From: Lepidodermella squamata
Lineage: Eukaryota > Animalia > Gastrotricha
Assembly (NCBI GenBank): GCA_047495785.1
Contig: JBLDXI010000024.1
Coordinates: 4,154,001-4,218,000 of the forward strand
DNA: 64,000 nucleotides
Reading direction: 5' to 3'
Positions 12,701 to 25,521 of this stretch are shown one piece after another. Position numbers and translations under genes: made by a program. Under the pieces are notes generated by a model. That model saw only the letters and a list, made by a program, of their open reading frames with translations. It was not told the DNA's origin and did not search any database. Positions within the stretch are counted from its first letter, which is position 1, and every line of letters begins with the position of its first letter.

Positions 12701-12855
12701 GCCATGGGAATGAGCCGGTATGGCATCCGCCTCACGGCCCAGGGCAGGATCCTCACTTCCATCCGGCTGACAAACATGGCAGAATCATAAAGAATGGAAT
12801 GCATTATAGTTATCCTCGTCGCGGACCTTATCACGGAAAGCAAACTAAAAACTGA
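9706..12855 (+). CDS. Signal peptide + ankyrin repeats + predicted TM helix + Pro-rich/basic tail (exons 9706-10134, 11235-12401, 12457-12855)
   Basis: MKIAAIIVAVLLAPSAA signal peptide; ankyrin repeats (SNTPLMTA, GSTALHY, GQTALHLAA, GQTALHLAV). Phase-0 GTAAG..AG introns of 1100 and 55 nt join three ORFs in frame. Hydrophobic VAVALAVPAVQVAGIGLAYGLLGLALL segment. Confidence 0.85.
10384..11016. mobile_element. MITE-like non-autonomous DNA element inside ankyrin gene intron 1
   Basis: 25-bp inverted repeats TGTTATCCGGATCGTATCGTAAAAT (10384-10408) and ATTTTACGATACGACCCGGATAACA (10992-11016), one mismatch. No convincing coding capacity; no clear TSD. Confidence 0.65.
11020..11156. repeat. About 137-bp imperfect palindrome (foldback / palindromic MITE)
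   Basis: Nested complementary arms: ATATACGGAAG/CTTCCGTATAT, TATATGGGTTTAAAATCGCC/GGCGATTATAAACCCATATA, GGCTGATATTTCG/CGAAATATAAGCC. Confidence 0.8.
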
Positions 12856-13712
12856 TGTGGTGCAAGGGACAAATCAGGCTAAGATTATCTAATGTCAAAA
12901 TGTATTTCGATCGTAATGGTCAAATCATCGATTTCAAAAATAATCCACCTTTGAGATTACTGATCATTGTTTAACAAACGTACATTAAAGTTAAGATATT
13001 AATATAAATATATATATATATACGTTAAAGGCCTGGCCTGCCTGAATAGCACTCATTGCGAGAATTATGAGAGAACACACAACACACCCAGCGCGCCAGG
13101 AAAACCTGCTCTGGATCTGGATTTTGGGAGGAGAATTTGCCGATGGAATATGGAAAATGAAAAAAGCAGAACCGAAATCAGTGCGCGAAGTAGCGGGGAG
13201 ACTGGGAGTACGGTACTTTTGGGAGACTTTAGTCCAACTTCTCGGGATTCCAAGGCTACCGTCAGGGCCGTTTTACGTTTGAAATGACCAAAATGCGTCT
13301 CTAAATTATAAACGTTTTTTGTGACTAGAATATATATGTTGGTTGAGTGGCAGAACGAGGTATCCCAGCTAGAAAGTTCTACTTCGCGTACTGACCGAAT
13401 TCATTTTGAGGAACTCGTAAGCATAAAGAACATCTATTTTATTGTCACTGCGACATCGCTTCTATAAAATTGCAACCGGTCAACAGTCACGTCCGCAAAT
13501 AAAGGCCGATTCACACCATGCCCCTGTCAGATTTATCACAATCAAAAAGCACTGTTTATATGAGAAGACAAACTGCCTATCAACCGAAGCGTTGGCATAT
13601 TGAACTCACATATAAACGGATAACCAAGTATAGTCTAAGGCACACGCGGCTCAGTTATTGTTTCCGAGACACTTTTAGATATGTAAATATGCAGTTATTT
13701 TGATTCCATCAA

Positions 13713-16700
13713 TCAGGTATAGTTGACAGTTTTAGAAACAGCGTGTTGGCTGAATCTTCGCATGAAGTCATAACCGGCTCCACCACCGCTGTTGGGCTTC
13801 ACATCATGCAGCAACGTCTGAACAGAGGGAAGCCTCCTGGGTCGCCTGAGACTACCATCAGGGATATTTGAGGATAATCGTCTTGCTTTTAAATATTCCT
13901 GGGTCCATCTAATGGTACAAATCACCCTTTTATCCTCCTCAATAAGCGGCGAATTCTCTGATAGCCGTTCTATTTGCCGCGACAACCGTTCCAGCGATAG
14001 ATAAACTAGATGAAATAAATAGAAGTATCGAGAGGTGTAACTTTATGCTCTGAAGACTTACCATCATAATAAGAACTGCTATCAGCTTGGACCTGATGAT
14101 CTTCATTTGCCTTGACTTTTTTGCCCCGTGAGATAAGCTTCCTCAATTCTTCAGCCAAGTAATCAGAGACTTCTTTGTCCCAGTCGGTATCGCTTTCGAC
14201 GTTGTCAGAAATCCAATTGTAAGTGACATTAATGATGGTCATGAAAATCTGAACGGCTAAGAACATCACAATCGATGAATAAGCCAAGCAGTAGACCATG
14301 ATGAATCGAGACTCAGATCCTAGGGCGATTAAATTTCCTGTTACTCCGATTACGTTTTGCAGCAGGGTCATGATAGAAGCAGTCATAGATCGAAACTCGC
14401 CAAGAGACGAGCCTAGAGCCAGATAGCCAAGACCGGCGAACATGAATGTGATCATTGTGAAAAGAATGGTAAAAGTCGCGATGTCACTCCTGCCCTTAGA
14501 TAAAGTTGCTAAGAACATGCACCAATGCTTGTTGAACTTGAAATGGCGGAAGAACAACAACATTGTCATGAAAAATGTCAACCCGTACAAATTCGCCATC
14601 AACTCGTCCCAATTGACCAGCAGGTCAAGATTGGTGAATGACTTGCGGTCTGTTTGCATCTTTGTGATCACTTTGATGATGGTCGATATGCGGACACAGA
14701 AAAGGCCGACAATGCCGAATGCAATTATTATTGAAAGGAGCTCCAATGAATTCCAGCCGTCTTTCAAATGCTGCACCGCCCCGTTTTTCTTCATGAGATA
14801 GGCAACCTTGATTGCTTCACTGATTAGTAAGATGATCCACAATCCTTGGATAACGTATACTGCAGCGCTGCTGGCGCCAGAGTACTGGTAGAGTTGCAAA
14901 GGGTACACCCGAGTGTGGTAGTTCATTCCACCGGCTGGTGTTGCTTCGAAAACCACTTTCACGGTGAGGAAAAGGTTGATTTGGCTATTGTACAGGTTGA
15001 AATCGACAAAAACGACAGAAGTTGCGTTGTCCAGCCATCTACCTGCTTTCAGATAGTCAACAAATTGCTGGGCTTTCCACATTTTAGTTGGCAGGTCGAC
15101 GTAGTAGCCATCGCTTCGGTAAATGGCGGACCAACCGTTATACGGAACTCCAGCAGTATCTTCTCGGTAAAGCCAAGGAGCGTCGTATGTTGAAATATTG
15201 GATATGTCTATTGAATAAGGTGGTAAATAGACCCATCCGAATGAGAAGTCTCTATTTTCGGAGTTGGAACCGAAGCCATAATTGTTAGAGTATGAATCTT
15301 GACAACGAATGCCTCCGAGATTTTCTGGATAACCGTCAACAAAGGAAATGGGACATGGGCGACTGGAAACTCGCTGCTGCTTGATTCGAATCGGTCCAAC
15401 AAGGACCACGTCATGATTTGGCACAACGTAAATATTTTTCATATTGAAAATTCCGCCGTAGTTCAACTGGTTGCCGTTCAAGAAATTTGGGATGACTTTC
15501 TGGCTGAGCCAGTCGAGAATACGCCCGTGGTCGGATATCGGTTCCAGGACTTCCTGGACTCCGTCAAAAGTTACCAAAGGTTGAATGTCATTTCCTAGCC
15601 GATATCGGTACGTATTTTGAGTAGTGGCAATGACGAGCGCGAAGGTAACGACATATGCAATGTGGTGAGCGATCCCAGCAATAATGTTTCTTAACCGCTT
15701 GAATACAACAGTTTTTTCTGAAACGTTACCTGAAATAATAATGATATGATCATAGAATGATAGGTAAATTCGAAAAACTACATCGCGAGTATACAAGCCT
15801 GCCCATCGCCATACCATCGTCAGGGAGTTTCAACAGTGTCGAAGTAAATATTGACATCAGAACAACTTTCACAGATTGAACTATGATCACATCTTGAATA
15901 ATGTTGAGGCCCATTCCTGACAGCCACTGCAGTGACTTCTCACTGCCCCATTGAAGACTGTAAAGAACGACGACCGATACTGAAACTATGATCGAAATAG
16001 CAACCACTGGTAATGAGGGAAAATCATAACTGGAACTAGCTATAAAGGGACAAGCTTACATGACCAAGCTATACCCACTGTCCAGAATGGAAGTTGTAAG
16101 GGTTTCTTCTTTTTCTTCTTGCCTTTTTCTGTGCTTGAGTCATTCTCAGCATCGTCATCATCTTCTTTAACTGCTGCATTGAAAATAGTTATCCAATTAG
16201 ATTTTTCAGCCGATCGTCTCTTAACTCTCTTGAAGATGAAAGCGATTGCTGTCGTAGGTGGGATGATGATAACACAACTGGCCAAACTTGTGTATAACGT
16301 AAACCATGAAATGCGAAAGAAGCCACCAATATTGATCCCGATCCTCGGCGCGGAGCTTTCTTGCCCGTAAAACAGACAGTTGACCATCATGGCCATGAAA
16401 AGTGCCGACACAACACAAGACAGCCGCTCAACTCGGGTCCAGTTGCTGGGCAGAGGCCTTCTTATAATTGAAAGCCAGGGGTGGCTATCAGTAATGCCGA
16501 ACCTCGAATGACTGGTAACAAGGTATTTGAAGCTTTTGATGACATCTTCTGTCGCAAGATCAGCCTTGACTTTATCACCTGACTGCATCCTCTGCTGAAC
16601 CGGAAAAATGTACTTCTTACCGCCACTCACATCGACAATGACGACCTTGTCCATGAAGATCTGGAAAGGCTTGTTGCCGAGTTCCCAAGGCTTGCTTATC

Positions 16701-19700
16701 ACCTCAAGTTCAATAGAATCGATGAATTCGATTGGATATACAGTTGTCAGCGTGAAATTCCCTGGCACCTTTCCAGCAAAGTTCTGCCTGACCCCATCGC
16801 ACAAACGTCGAAATGATGTTTCGCATCCATCGTCTATGAGGCGGATGAACACTTGCGGCTCCAATTCATATCGCTTAACGCCGTAATAGTCAACAGAAAT
16901 CAAATAGGTGAATTGGTGGTGCAGCTTGTTACTTAGTATTGGCATGAAAGCCCAGTTCTTTAGATCCGCTTTATCAAAGGTAAATGCAAACCATATCGTA
17001 GCAAGGTATGCTACTACGCAAATTATCATCAGCGAAAAGACGGAAGCATTCTCAGCCAGAAGAGTGGTAAAATTGGCCAAAATCTCAGTTAGCTGTATCG
17101 TATTTGGCGAGATTAGAAGATCGGCGCCGAAATCCCCGAAATACGAACATTTGAACGCCACTCTAGATTCCGTTGAATCGGCTTCTAGCTCAAAGTCTTC
17201 GTCATTGGTTGCGTTTGCATCAGAAGTATCTCGCCTCAATCTTCCCCCTATTATCTTATCGTCTGATGCGAAGCCAAGGCGTAAATGATAGCCATAACAT
17301 CTCTGCATCTCGCAAACTGATGGTGGCAAATCGTCCGTAGGTGAAAATCGACTTAAGTTCTTTTTCGCGAATGCGCTAAGCGTGAATGAGTTGTTCGCAT
17401 TTGATCCTAGAGCATTCGACCTCTTGTTGGCAAAAGTAGTAAGAGCTTGTTGGGGAACGATTACACGAAGCTCAGTTTTCGTCTCGTTGCTGGTCTTCAG
17501 GGCGCCATAAATCGAATGTACACTCGTAGCTACGGCGTCTTTGGTTACATTAAGGGACCAGTACCAAGAGCCAGCTGTTGGTGTCGCATTGAGGGAGATG
17601 TAAACAGAATAATCGAATTGAATAGCTGGAAAAATTAGAATAAAATCCCCCGCTTCTACAGATATCGGAAAAGTTGCAAGGGATCCAAGCTTGTCCGCGT
17701 TTGTCGAAATGTCGCATTTCACTTTACTGATATCGCACTGCGACTCGACTTTTTCGGTCGAAAACTGGCTTGCCTTGCGCAACATAGGGTAACCAGTAAG
17801 CCGTACTGGCAAGGTTTTGTTGAGTACCAGTTTGTCGGACCCGTAGAAGGCATGTAGAGATATAGTGGGCATGTTAAATGGCTTCGTGACATCGAATACA
17901 TTCGAAATATAAGCCGTTAGGACAATCGATACTTTACTGGAGTCATCCATGCCCCCAGGAGCTGTTGTAATCAATTCTCTCCAATTCTTAGCTTCAGGGA
18001 CTTCCAAAGTAGCCAAGTTCGAGCTCAGTTTGAGTTTCGATAATTTAGACGGAATCGTGTTGTGGATTACGACTGCGAAGAAGGTTCCATTGAAGCTGAA
18101 GTCCTTGCCAATAGCGAGGGCGCTTTTGACCATCGCAGCGGTAGCTTCCATCATACTCCTGAAATCGCTGAGCAGGCTCTGCGTCTGCGAGATGGTCATT
18201 TCGACTTTTGTCGGCTTCACCACAAGTGACTCGGAATCAAACTTGTCGGCTTCGCAGCGGACGGAAGTTGTTGGTAATATGATACTAGACGATTCCGGCT
18301 GGGGCAAAAGCTCCTTTTCCATAACAGTTTCTAACACGGAGCTCACTGAATCGATGTAAGCTAAAGAAGGAATAGTTCATAAAAAAAACAATTAAACATA
18401 GAAGCAGTCTTGCCTTGAGAAATCGACAAAATGGTCTCTGTCGTCAAATTTGCAGCCATTTTCTGGTATCGATTGAGGAGATCTGCGGAGAGTGACATGA
18501 ATATTTGCTAAAAAGTAGCAAATCGCTTGAAATATGAACATTTCATTATGAACTTTTACCGAATCAACAATCACATTGGCGGCGCTCGATGTGCTGGAAA
18601 TCGCTTTTGCACTTTCTTGAATTTGCTCATTAATGGTAGTTACATTGCTAACAAGGACTTGATCCGGAAGTCTAGCTACTGTTGCCAGCTCTGTAATCAG
18701 CTCGTTTGCTTTAACGGTAGTTGTGCCAATATCGGAAATCGTTGAAGTTGCTGTTGAAGCCGTTGATGTTGATGTTGATGTTGGTGTAGTTGTGATTGCT
18801 ATTGAGTTCTACTTTGAGACGAATATTCAAAAAACAATAGTCAGGATACCTGTTCCACAAGTTTTTCCCGTCCAAAATGCAGAGCAGCTGCAAGTATCTA
18901 CGGCGACACAGTTTCCACCGTTGAGACATCCGCCAATTGATGAGCAGTCCGGATTGGAACAACTCGACCCCGACCAACCAGCATTGCAGTGGCAAACATT
19001 TGTTGAGATGCAAATCCCTCGACCAGAACAATTTCCAACAGATACACAAGTCGCTATATTCCGAAATTAAAAGGTGCGACCTTGAAATACCCAGAAATGA
19101 TTACCATTATCGCAATTGGCTCCATACCATGTTCCAGGGCAAGAACATTGATTCGGAGATGTACACGTCCCGCCATTTTTGCAACCGCCAATATCAGTGC
19201 AATCAGCTATAAAAATGGAGGTAATTTGTATTAAAAACAGTGGCATGAAAAGCTAACCGATTGAACAGTCCGCCCCCAACCATCCGGTGTTGCAAGAGCA
19301 CGTGTTCGCGGTTACGCAAGAACCCTGCCCTGAACAATCGGCCACAGAAGAGCAATTTGCTAAAAAAGGTTTGATAACAATTTTTCTAGAACCTATATTC
19401 GAAAGGAACCTGTTGAACAGTTAGTTCCGGACCAACCACTGGCGCATAAACAGTTATTAGGAGCCACGCAGGTTCCGCCATTGAGACATTGCCCGATAGG
19501 CGCGCAGTTAGCTGAAGAAGGAATCATTAGCAAAAGTTACTGAGGGTAATAGTGCAACTGACGTTTGGAGCAATCGGCACCGTTCCAGCCAGTCAAACAT
19601 GAACAGTTATTATAAGAAATGCAACTACCTTGACCAGTACAATTCGCCAAAGATCGACAATCAGCTGTAAATAATAATGGGAATGTGAAACTCAGATCAT

Positions 19701-22700
19701 GGAAAGAGCCTAATATACGATTGCTGCAGTTTGCCCCAATCCAGCCTACAGCACACGAGCACTGATTGGGGGAGGAGCAGGTTCCCCCATTCAAGCATCC
19801 ACCCAAGCTAGAGCAATCCGGTACACAGCTTCCCACGGTGCCAGCCCACGTCCTTGTAGTTATATTGCATCTGAGATAAGCGTAAGGTTGATTTGTACCG
19901 TTGAAAACGTAACCAGCCGATGAGCAGTTGTATTGCCAAACTGTGTCTCCGATGATTCTGTCACTCAAAGGAATCGACACGGGAACTGTGAAGTTATTTG
20001 TTGTCCCAGGGAACGTCGGCGGCTGCGGGCAGCTAGCATTTTGGCAAATAGGCGTCCCGCCCTGCCAAGAGCCATACGGCGGTGCACAGGTTTGGGTTAA
20101 AATTCCATCAACGAGCGATAAACCGGGGAAGCATTGGTAGTAAAGCCTTGTTACATTTCCGTTGACCTCAACATTCGGGAGTCGACTCGCATTTGTTGCC
20201 GTGAAATCGGGATAAAGCCCGCAGAGGGTCTTACAACGCAACCAATCCCCTTGCCAGTATTTGCTGGTCGTATTGCATGTGAGAACCGTCCAGTCTCCAT
20301 TTGACAACGAGTTGAAATAGCCTTGTAGACACGTGTAGTTTACGGACATCACGCTCGGCATTCCTACGATTTCAAGATCAGTCCACCGCATTGCTGGGGG
20401 TGGACCGCATGTACTGACACCGTCGCACGTATCCATACTAAAGTATAGGTCGGTCAGTGGATCGGCGATACCCTGACCAGGTCTACAGTAGGTGCTATAA
20501 AGTTTACATTCCGAGCCCGTTATCGCTGCCATGTCACAGCTAGAAGCAGTACACTTATCTGTGCATTCCTTCACAGTGCTAACAGATGAATTTGTCATTA
20601 AGGCAGCCGCTGGACATTTAAGCCCTCGAGCTCGGATGTACCTGCCCCTAAGAGGCTGGCCAAAGGGACGAATTTTCATCTCCGTCCATTGCAAGCTTTT
20701 GGGAGTGGCACTGTAAGGTTGACTATAAATTCCAGCTGTTCCGACTCCGTTGTAAGGGCCATTTAGGTTCCAATAGTTACTAGTTGTGGTGTTACAGATT
20801 TGTGGAAACCACCAGCCCCCAGTGCCGCATGGATCCACTCTAAAAGGTTTCCTATCAATAATGATTGGTCCCGCTGTTGAGCAGGTCTCGATTACGCTTA
20901 TCGCTTGTGTATATTGAGGACCGAAGTTGTAAAATGTCGCGAAATAAGCAAAAGCGTATCCATCAGGACCTCGCATTTCGACGAGGATTCCGTATTTCCT
21001 GGAAGCAGTTATCTTGCGCACGCTTTCAAGCCCCATCCAGTAGTTGCCCGTCAGCGATCCGAAGCCTGAGATGTATGAATCTAAATCTCGGTCAAATGAT
21101 ACGGTGTCATCGATTCTTCGTTGAAAAACCATCCATCCACCCCCTGTTTAAAAGTAGCGTAGATAATCAAAACGTTCAGGGCGTCGCATTTAACTAACCC
21201 ATCGTTTCTTGATCACAAAAAACGGTACCATTCCATTCGCCGGACGAAAAATCTGTGTATATTGTCGATACGAATTTCAGGTTTGACGGCTGCTGTTGCT
21301 GATAGTAGATGCAGTCCCTAGGTACTGGCCAAACTTGATATAAAGAAACTCAAGATAGAGAGATAAATAGCCTGAATTGAGAATGAAACTTGTGAAAGTT
21401 GGCTCCTCATTTGAATAGAGATAACCGTAGTTCGCTAGTCGGATTATAACATTATCGCCTGACAGCCATTGAATTGGGGGGTCACGATACAGTGCAACAG
21501 CATCACCATTAGTAATGACAGCACGCAATCCTAGATTTGGGAACTTGCAGTGCGGGGCGCCGGTAACTAAGAACAAAATATAATTCATCGCCAAGTAGTA
21601 ATGGGCGAATATAATAACTTTTCCGTCTAATGCCCATCATTGTGGTCGCCATCGACATGTTCAGTGAACGATATCCCAGAAAAGCCATTGTTTTCGGTTG
21701 AGTGGTAGCACCCCATACGTTGTTCAACTGAACATTATACGCGCAACCAACTTTAACCCACCATCCGCCTTCTAGCTTGGACGCCGCTGGGCCAAAACAA
21801 GCAGAAGCTGACCCATTATCATAGGTGGAGAATGGCTGCCAGTGATGATTGCTATCGAAAGCATTTACTATAATTTGCAAAATTCCAGCATTCAAGCGTG
21901 TCAGAAACCAGAAGTCACTAACTTGCATTGTTAGAAGCCGAGTCATAAAGTTGTGTGTCAATGTAAAGCCTGTAACCAGTATCTTCCGACTGTACTCGAA
22001 AATCTGACCAATGCCCAACATTGGTTTCCCCAGTTATTGGATCAGTAGTGATTGCGAAGAAATCCAAACATGTCCGCCGACCCAGCTGATAGATATACTC
22101 GTTTCCTTGGAATTGATAACCAATTATTGATTTTCGAACCCCATGGATGAAGTAAATTTTATCTGCGCATTTCACTTACCTAGCCAATAGTCGCTGGATT
22201 CGGTGAAAGGTTGGGCTGCAAATCCCCATTTGTAGTCTTGCCAACCTCTGGAGAAGTTCACATTTCCATTTGTTCTTTTCTGAATAATCTGCGAATATAA
22301 TGCACAAATTCTTACTTTTCAAACCTGATTTCAGCTATCTTACTGTAATGCCGCGGTAGTCAGTCGTATTCGATATATAGGGGAGCGTGTCAAAGAAGCA
22401 ATAAACTTTCAGTGGTTTCATTCCAATAGGGAAAATCCAATAAATGCCATTCGTTGAAGTATTATCAGTCTTGAAAATGTCGTAGCAGTCGTAAGGCTTT
22501 GGATTGACCGGCCTTATCATCATCACGCTGCTCTTTATCGAGTTGGCCTTTCCTTTCCAGGACGACCAAACGATTCCCTGCTCGAAGGTATTGTTAAGGC
22601 TTATCCCGTTCAAGTTGGAATCGAGGCAGGAACCGGATACCCAGTTCTTGAACCACCACCCACCGGATCTGTTCGAGTAAACGCGAAATTCTTGGCCATT

Positions 22701-25521
22701 GTGTGTTAACAAGGAATCTCCTGGTGTTTCGGTGTCATTAAGCCAGTTGTAACTGTTGACGTTCAGCTTGTAACTGGTACTAGCATTCCCGATGGAGAAA
22801 CTCTGGTACCTTGCAGTTCGGAAATTTCCATTCGTGTACTCCAGAGTGATAGCCAATTCGTAAATCGGCCCAGCTGTTGTTATTTGATTAATAGCTGTGT
22901 TACCAAGGTAAAAAGCCTGCTTAGTATCGCCGAATCCGGTTTCGTAAGTTGCGAAGTCCTGATCGAAGCTTTGACTTGAGCCAGCGTAATTTCTTTGAAT
23001 CACCGTCCAACCACCCTCATGAGCCGACATCTCACAGTAGGCTTGCACTGCACTGCCGCCAGGGGGATAAATTGTGTAGACTCCGCTTGGTGCGTGCGGT
23101 GAGTTGATAGCTATGTCAGCGCAATCGACAGGGGTCTGAAAATTAAGCGCAACACCTAAAATGCGCCACGTTTAATGAATTTGTATTTTGCCAAGTCATA
23201 TTACCAGGAACACCGAAATAATCATTTGGTTGCCGTCTAACCATCATTTGAATTTTTCTGATGTACTCAACAGTAGGCCAATTTATTCCTTCATAGGCTG
23301 ATGTCGAATTGTAAACACTGCAAAAATTGTATTTCATATTAAATGACTTTTAAAAGTCGAGCTCTCTCCATTTTATATGTCAAAGGCTTCGTATAAATTT
23401 CACTCAAACCTACCCGTTGAGACTATAGACACTACAGGTAGCTCCGTACCACCAACCTCCTTTATTGATATCGGCACAATTTTGACCAGCCACGTTATCG
23501 TTATCTCGATCGCGGGTGCTGAATTGCTTTCCCATTACTGCGTTCAGTGGGCTCGCCGCCATGTTCCCAATGCCATTCCTAGGAAGCGACAGCGTATAGT
23601 TCGTCGACGAATCAGATATTCTGAATCCTCCCCACGTCTGAAAGGCGTTTTGAACATTCTCCAAGTCTGCCACGTAAATTGCAAATCGATAGGAGGTGTA
23701 ACGCGTACTCGTGATCGCAGAAATGCTATCGAGCCCCAACCAAAAGCTGTGATCGAATGAACCGAAGAATGATTGGTATTCGACCCAAGTTCGGTAGAAG
23801 TCGACCTCGGGTGATGCGCGGCGCTGAATTACAGTCCAGCCACCACCTAATGCCTTCATATCGCAGTAGGCTAGAATTGGGCCAGATCCATAGGGATAAA
23901 TTGTATAGGCACCACTGGGCGCGTATGGCTGTCTCATCGCTATATCCTCACAGTCGACCGGAGGTAACGTCAATTGATCTAGAGTGTTCATTTATCCAAC
24001 GTAAATTATTTCAATTTAAAAGGTTTTCGACTTACCACAATGGGGCCAAGGGTTCTGAGCTGTGTCATTGCTTGTATATCCAATGGGGCATTGGCACCCA
24101 GCAGCTGAGCATACAGTGCAGCCAGCATGGGCTAGACAGCCATCAATCAGCATTCTCACTCTCATATTAGGCGGGGGAGAAGAACTATTCACAGGTAAGA
24201 GGCGCAACTTTTGCGTCCTGATTACAGGGCACAATACAGTCGGATGAAAATACGCGGTCGATGTGGCATTTGGTGAAGTTGGGTAAATTACGGGTGGACT
24301 AGTAGGATCTTGTTGATTGATTAGCACGGGAATTAATAACTCGCCCATTCCAGCCTTGGCCAAGAAGGCCAGAGAAAATGAAGTTAAATAACCGAATCCG
24401 AGCTTTCCTAGCGCAATTCTGATAGTTCGAACTGAGACTTCACGACCGAAGTTGATATCCAAATATATGTTGACTTCAGACCCACTAGGTTGCCAACCAT
24501 TGGGACTAGGAAGATTTCCGTTAACGTTTGCTGCTGTACCCGTTGAGGCGGTGATTGATCCGCCCCACTGGGAAATCATCGACATCAGCTCGATATTCTG
24601 GCAAGCCGTTGCTAAGAAAAACATGAAGCTCATTGAGTTCCTACAGATAAGAAATAGTCTATATTTACATTGGGCACATGTTGGCCCTTTCCAGTCATCG
24701 ACACACGTGCACGTGTCTGGAGCTGTACAGCTGCCACCGTTGAGACAAGGATTCGAACACGAGAAAACCGCGCAGTAAGTTCCTGAGTAACCAACAGCGC
24801 ACTGACATGTCTCCGTCGATACACATGTCCCTCCATTTTGACACGGCTGACTGCACACAACTGATTTTGACGCAAAGTCTTATATTTAAATGTTTTCGCC
24901 GTCGAATTTCTCACCGATCTCGCAGTATTTCCCAGTATATTCCGGTCTGCAGTTACATACACTTACAGGGCCCGCACTCCATGTGCAAGTGCCACCGTTG
25001 TAGCAGTAGGGATACTCATAGCCCGTCGGGTGACACATAACTGTTCCTAAATAAATAGAAAATTCAGTGATTTCATGAACTGAAGATCTTGAATCCACCA
25101 GGAAATTGCCAGCATGACGCAGTTAGAGAGGGGTTAGAGAGATTCTTACCTGTCGTTCCACAGGTCACCCCAGTCCACGAGCCCGGGCAGTAGCAGTTCT
25201 TCTCTTTGCAAGTTCCTCCATTGTTGCATTGAGCACTGCTAGTACAAACTGTTTGATACAAGCAGTATTAGCTTCAATATAATAGTGCTGGATCTAACTT
25301 GTTGGCGTTGCTTGATCACACTGCGCTCCGCCCCATCCAATATTGCATTGGCAAGTATTTGGGGCGGTGCAATTGCCATTTTGACATGCCGGGCTGCATG
25401 ATTCTAAAAAGAATCAGAAATGCCATGGGGAGTACTGCGGCTGCTTGAACTTACGCGAGCATGCCAGCCGCAGCTTGCTACTTGAGATTACGAAGATCAA
25501 CGTAAAGGTAATTAATAGCAT
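13713..25521 (-). CDS. Polycystin-1-like gene A: SP-EGFx5-discoidin(FA58C)-4x fibrinogen C-terminal domain-PAN-Sushi x3-4-EGFx~7-S/T stalk-GAIN-like-TM1-PLAT-TM2-5-TOP-channel
   Basis: Signal exon MLLITFTLIFVISS at 25521. FReD motifs (YCDM..GGGWTVIQRR, FWLGL, GGWW, NLNG). PKD1-family hallmarks HPWLSI..RP..SNWTRVERLSC, GPIRIKQQRV, GRWLDNATSVVFVDFNLYN, DGWNSLE. Last exon 14005-13713 joined by a 56-nt intron. Confidence 0.9.

Noticed and set aside
13008-13022. Short (TA)n run
   Set aside because: Trivial microsatellite.
21277-21400. Apparent premature stop/frameshift in gene A before FReD4
   Set aside because: A 54-nt GT-AG intron restores the frame (EPTFT-IWPVPRDC), matching gene C (EPTMI-RWPWPRDC).
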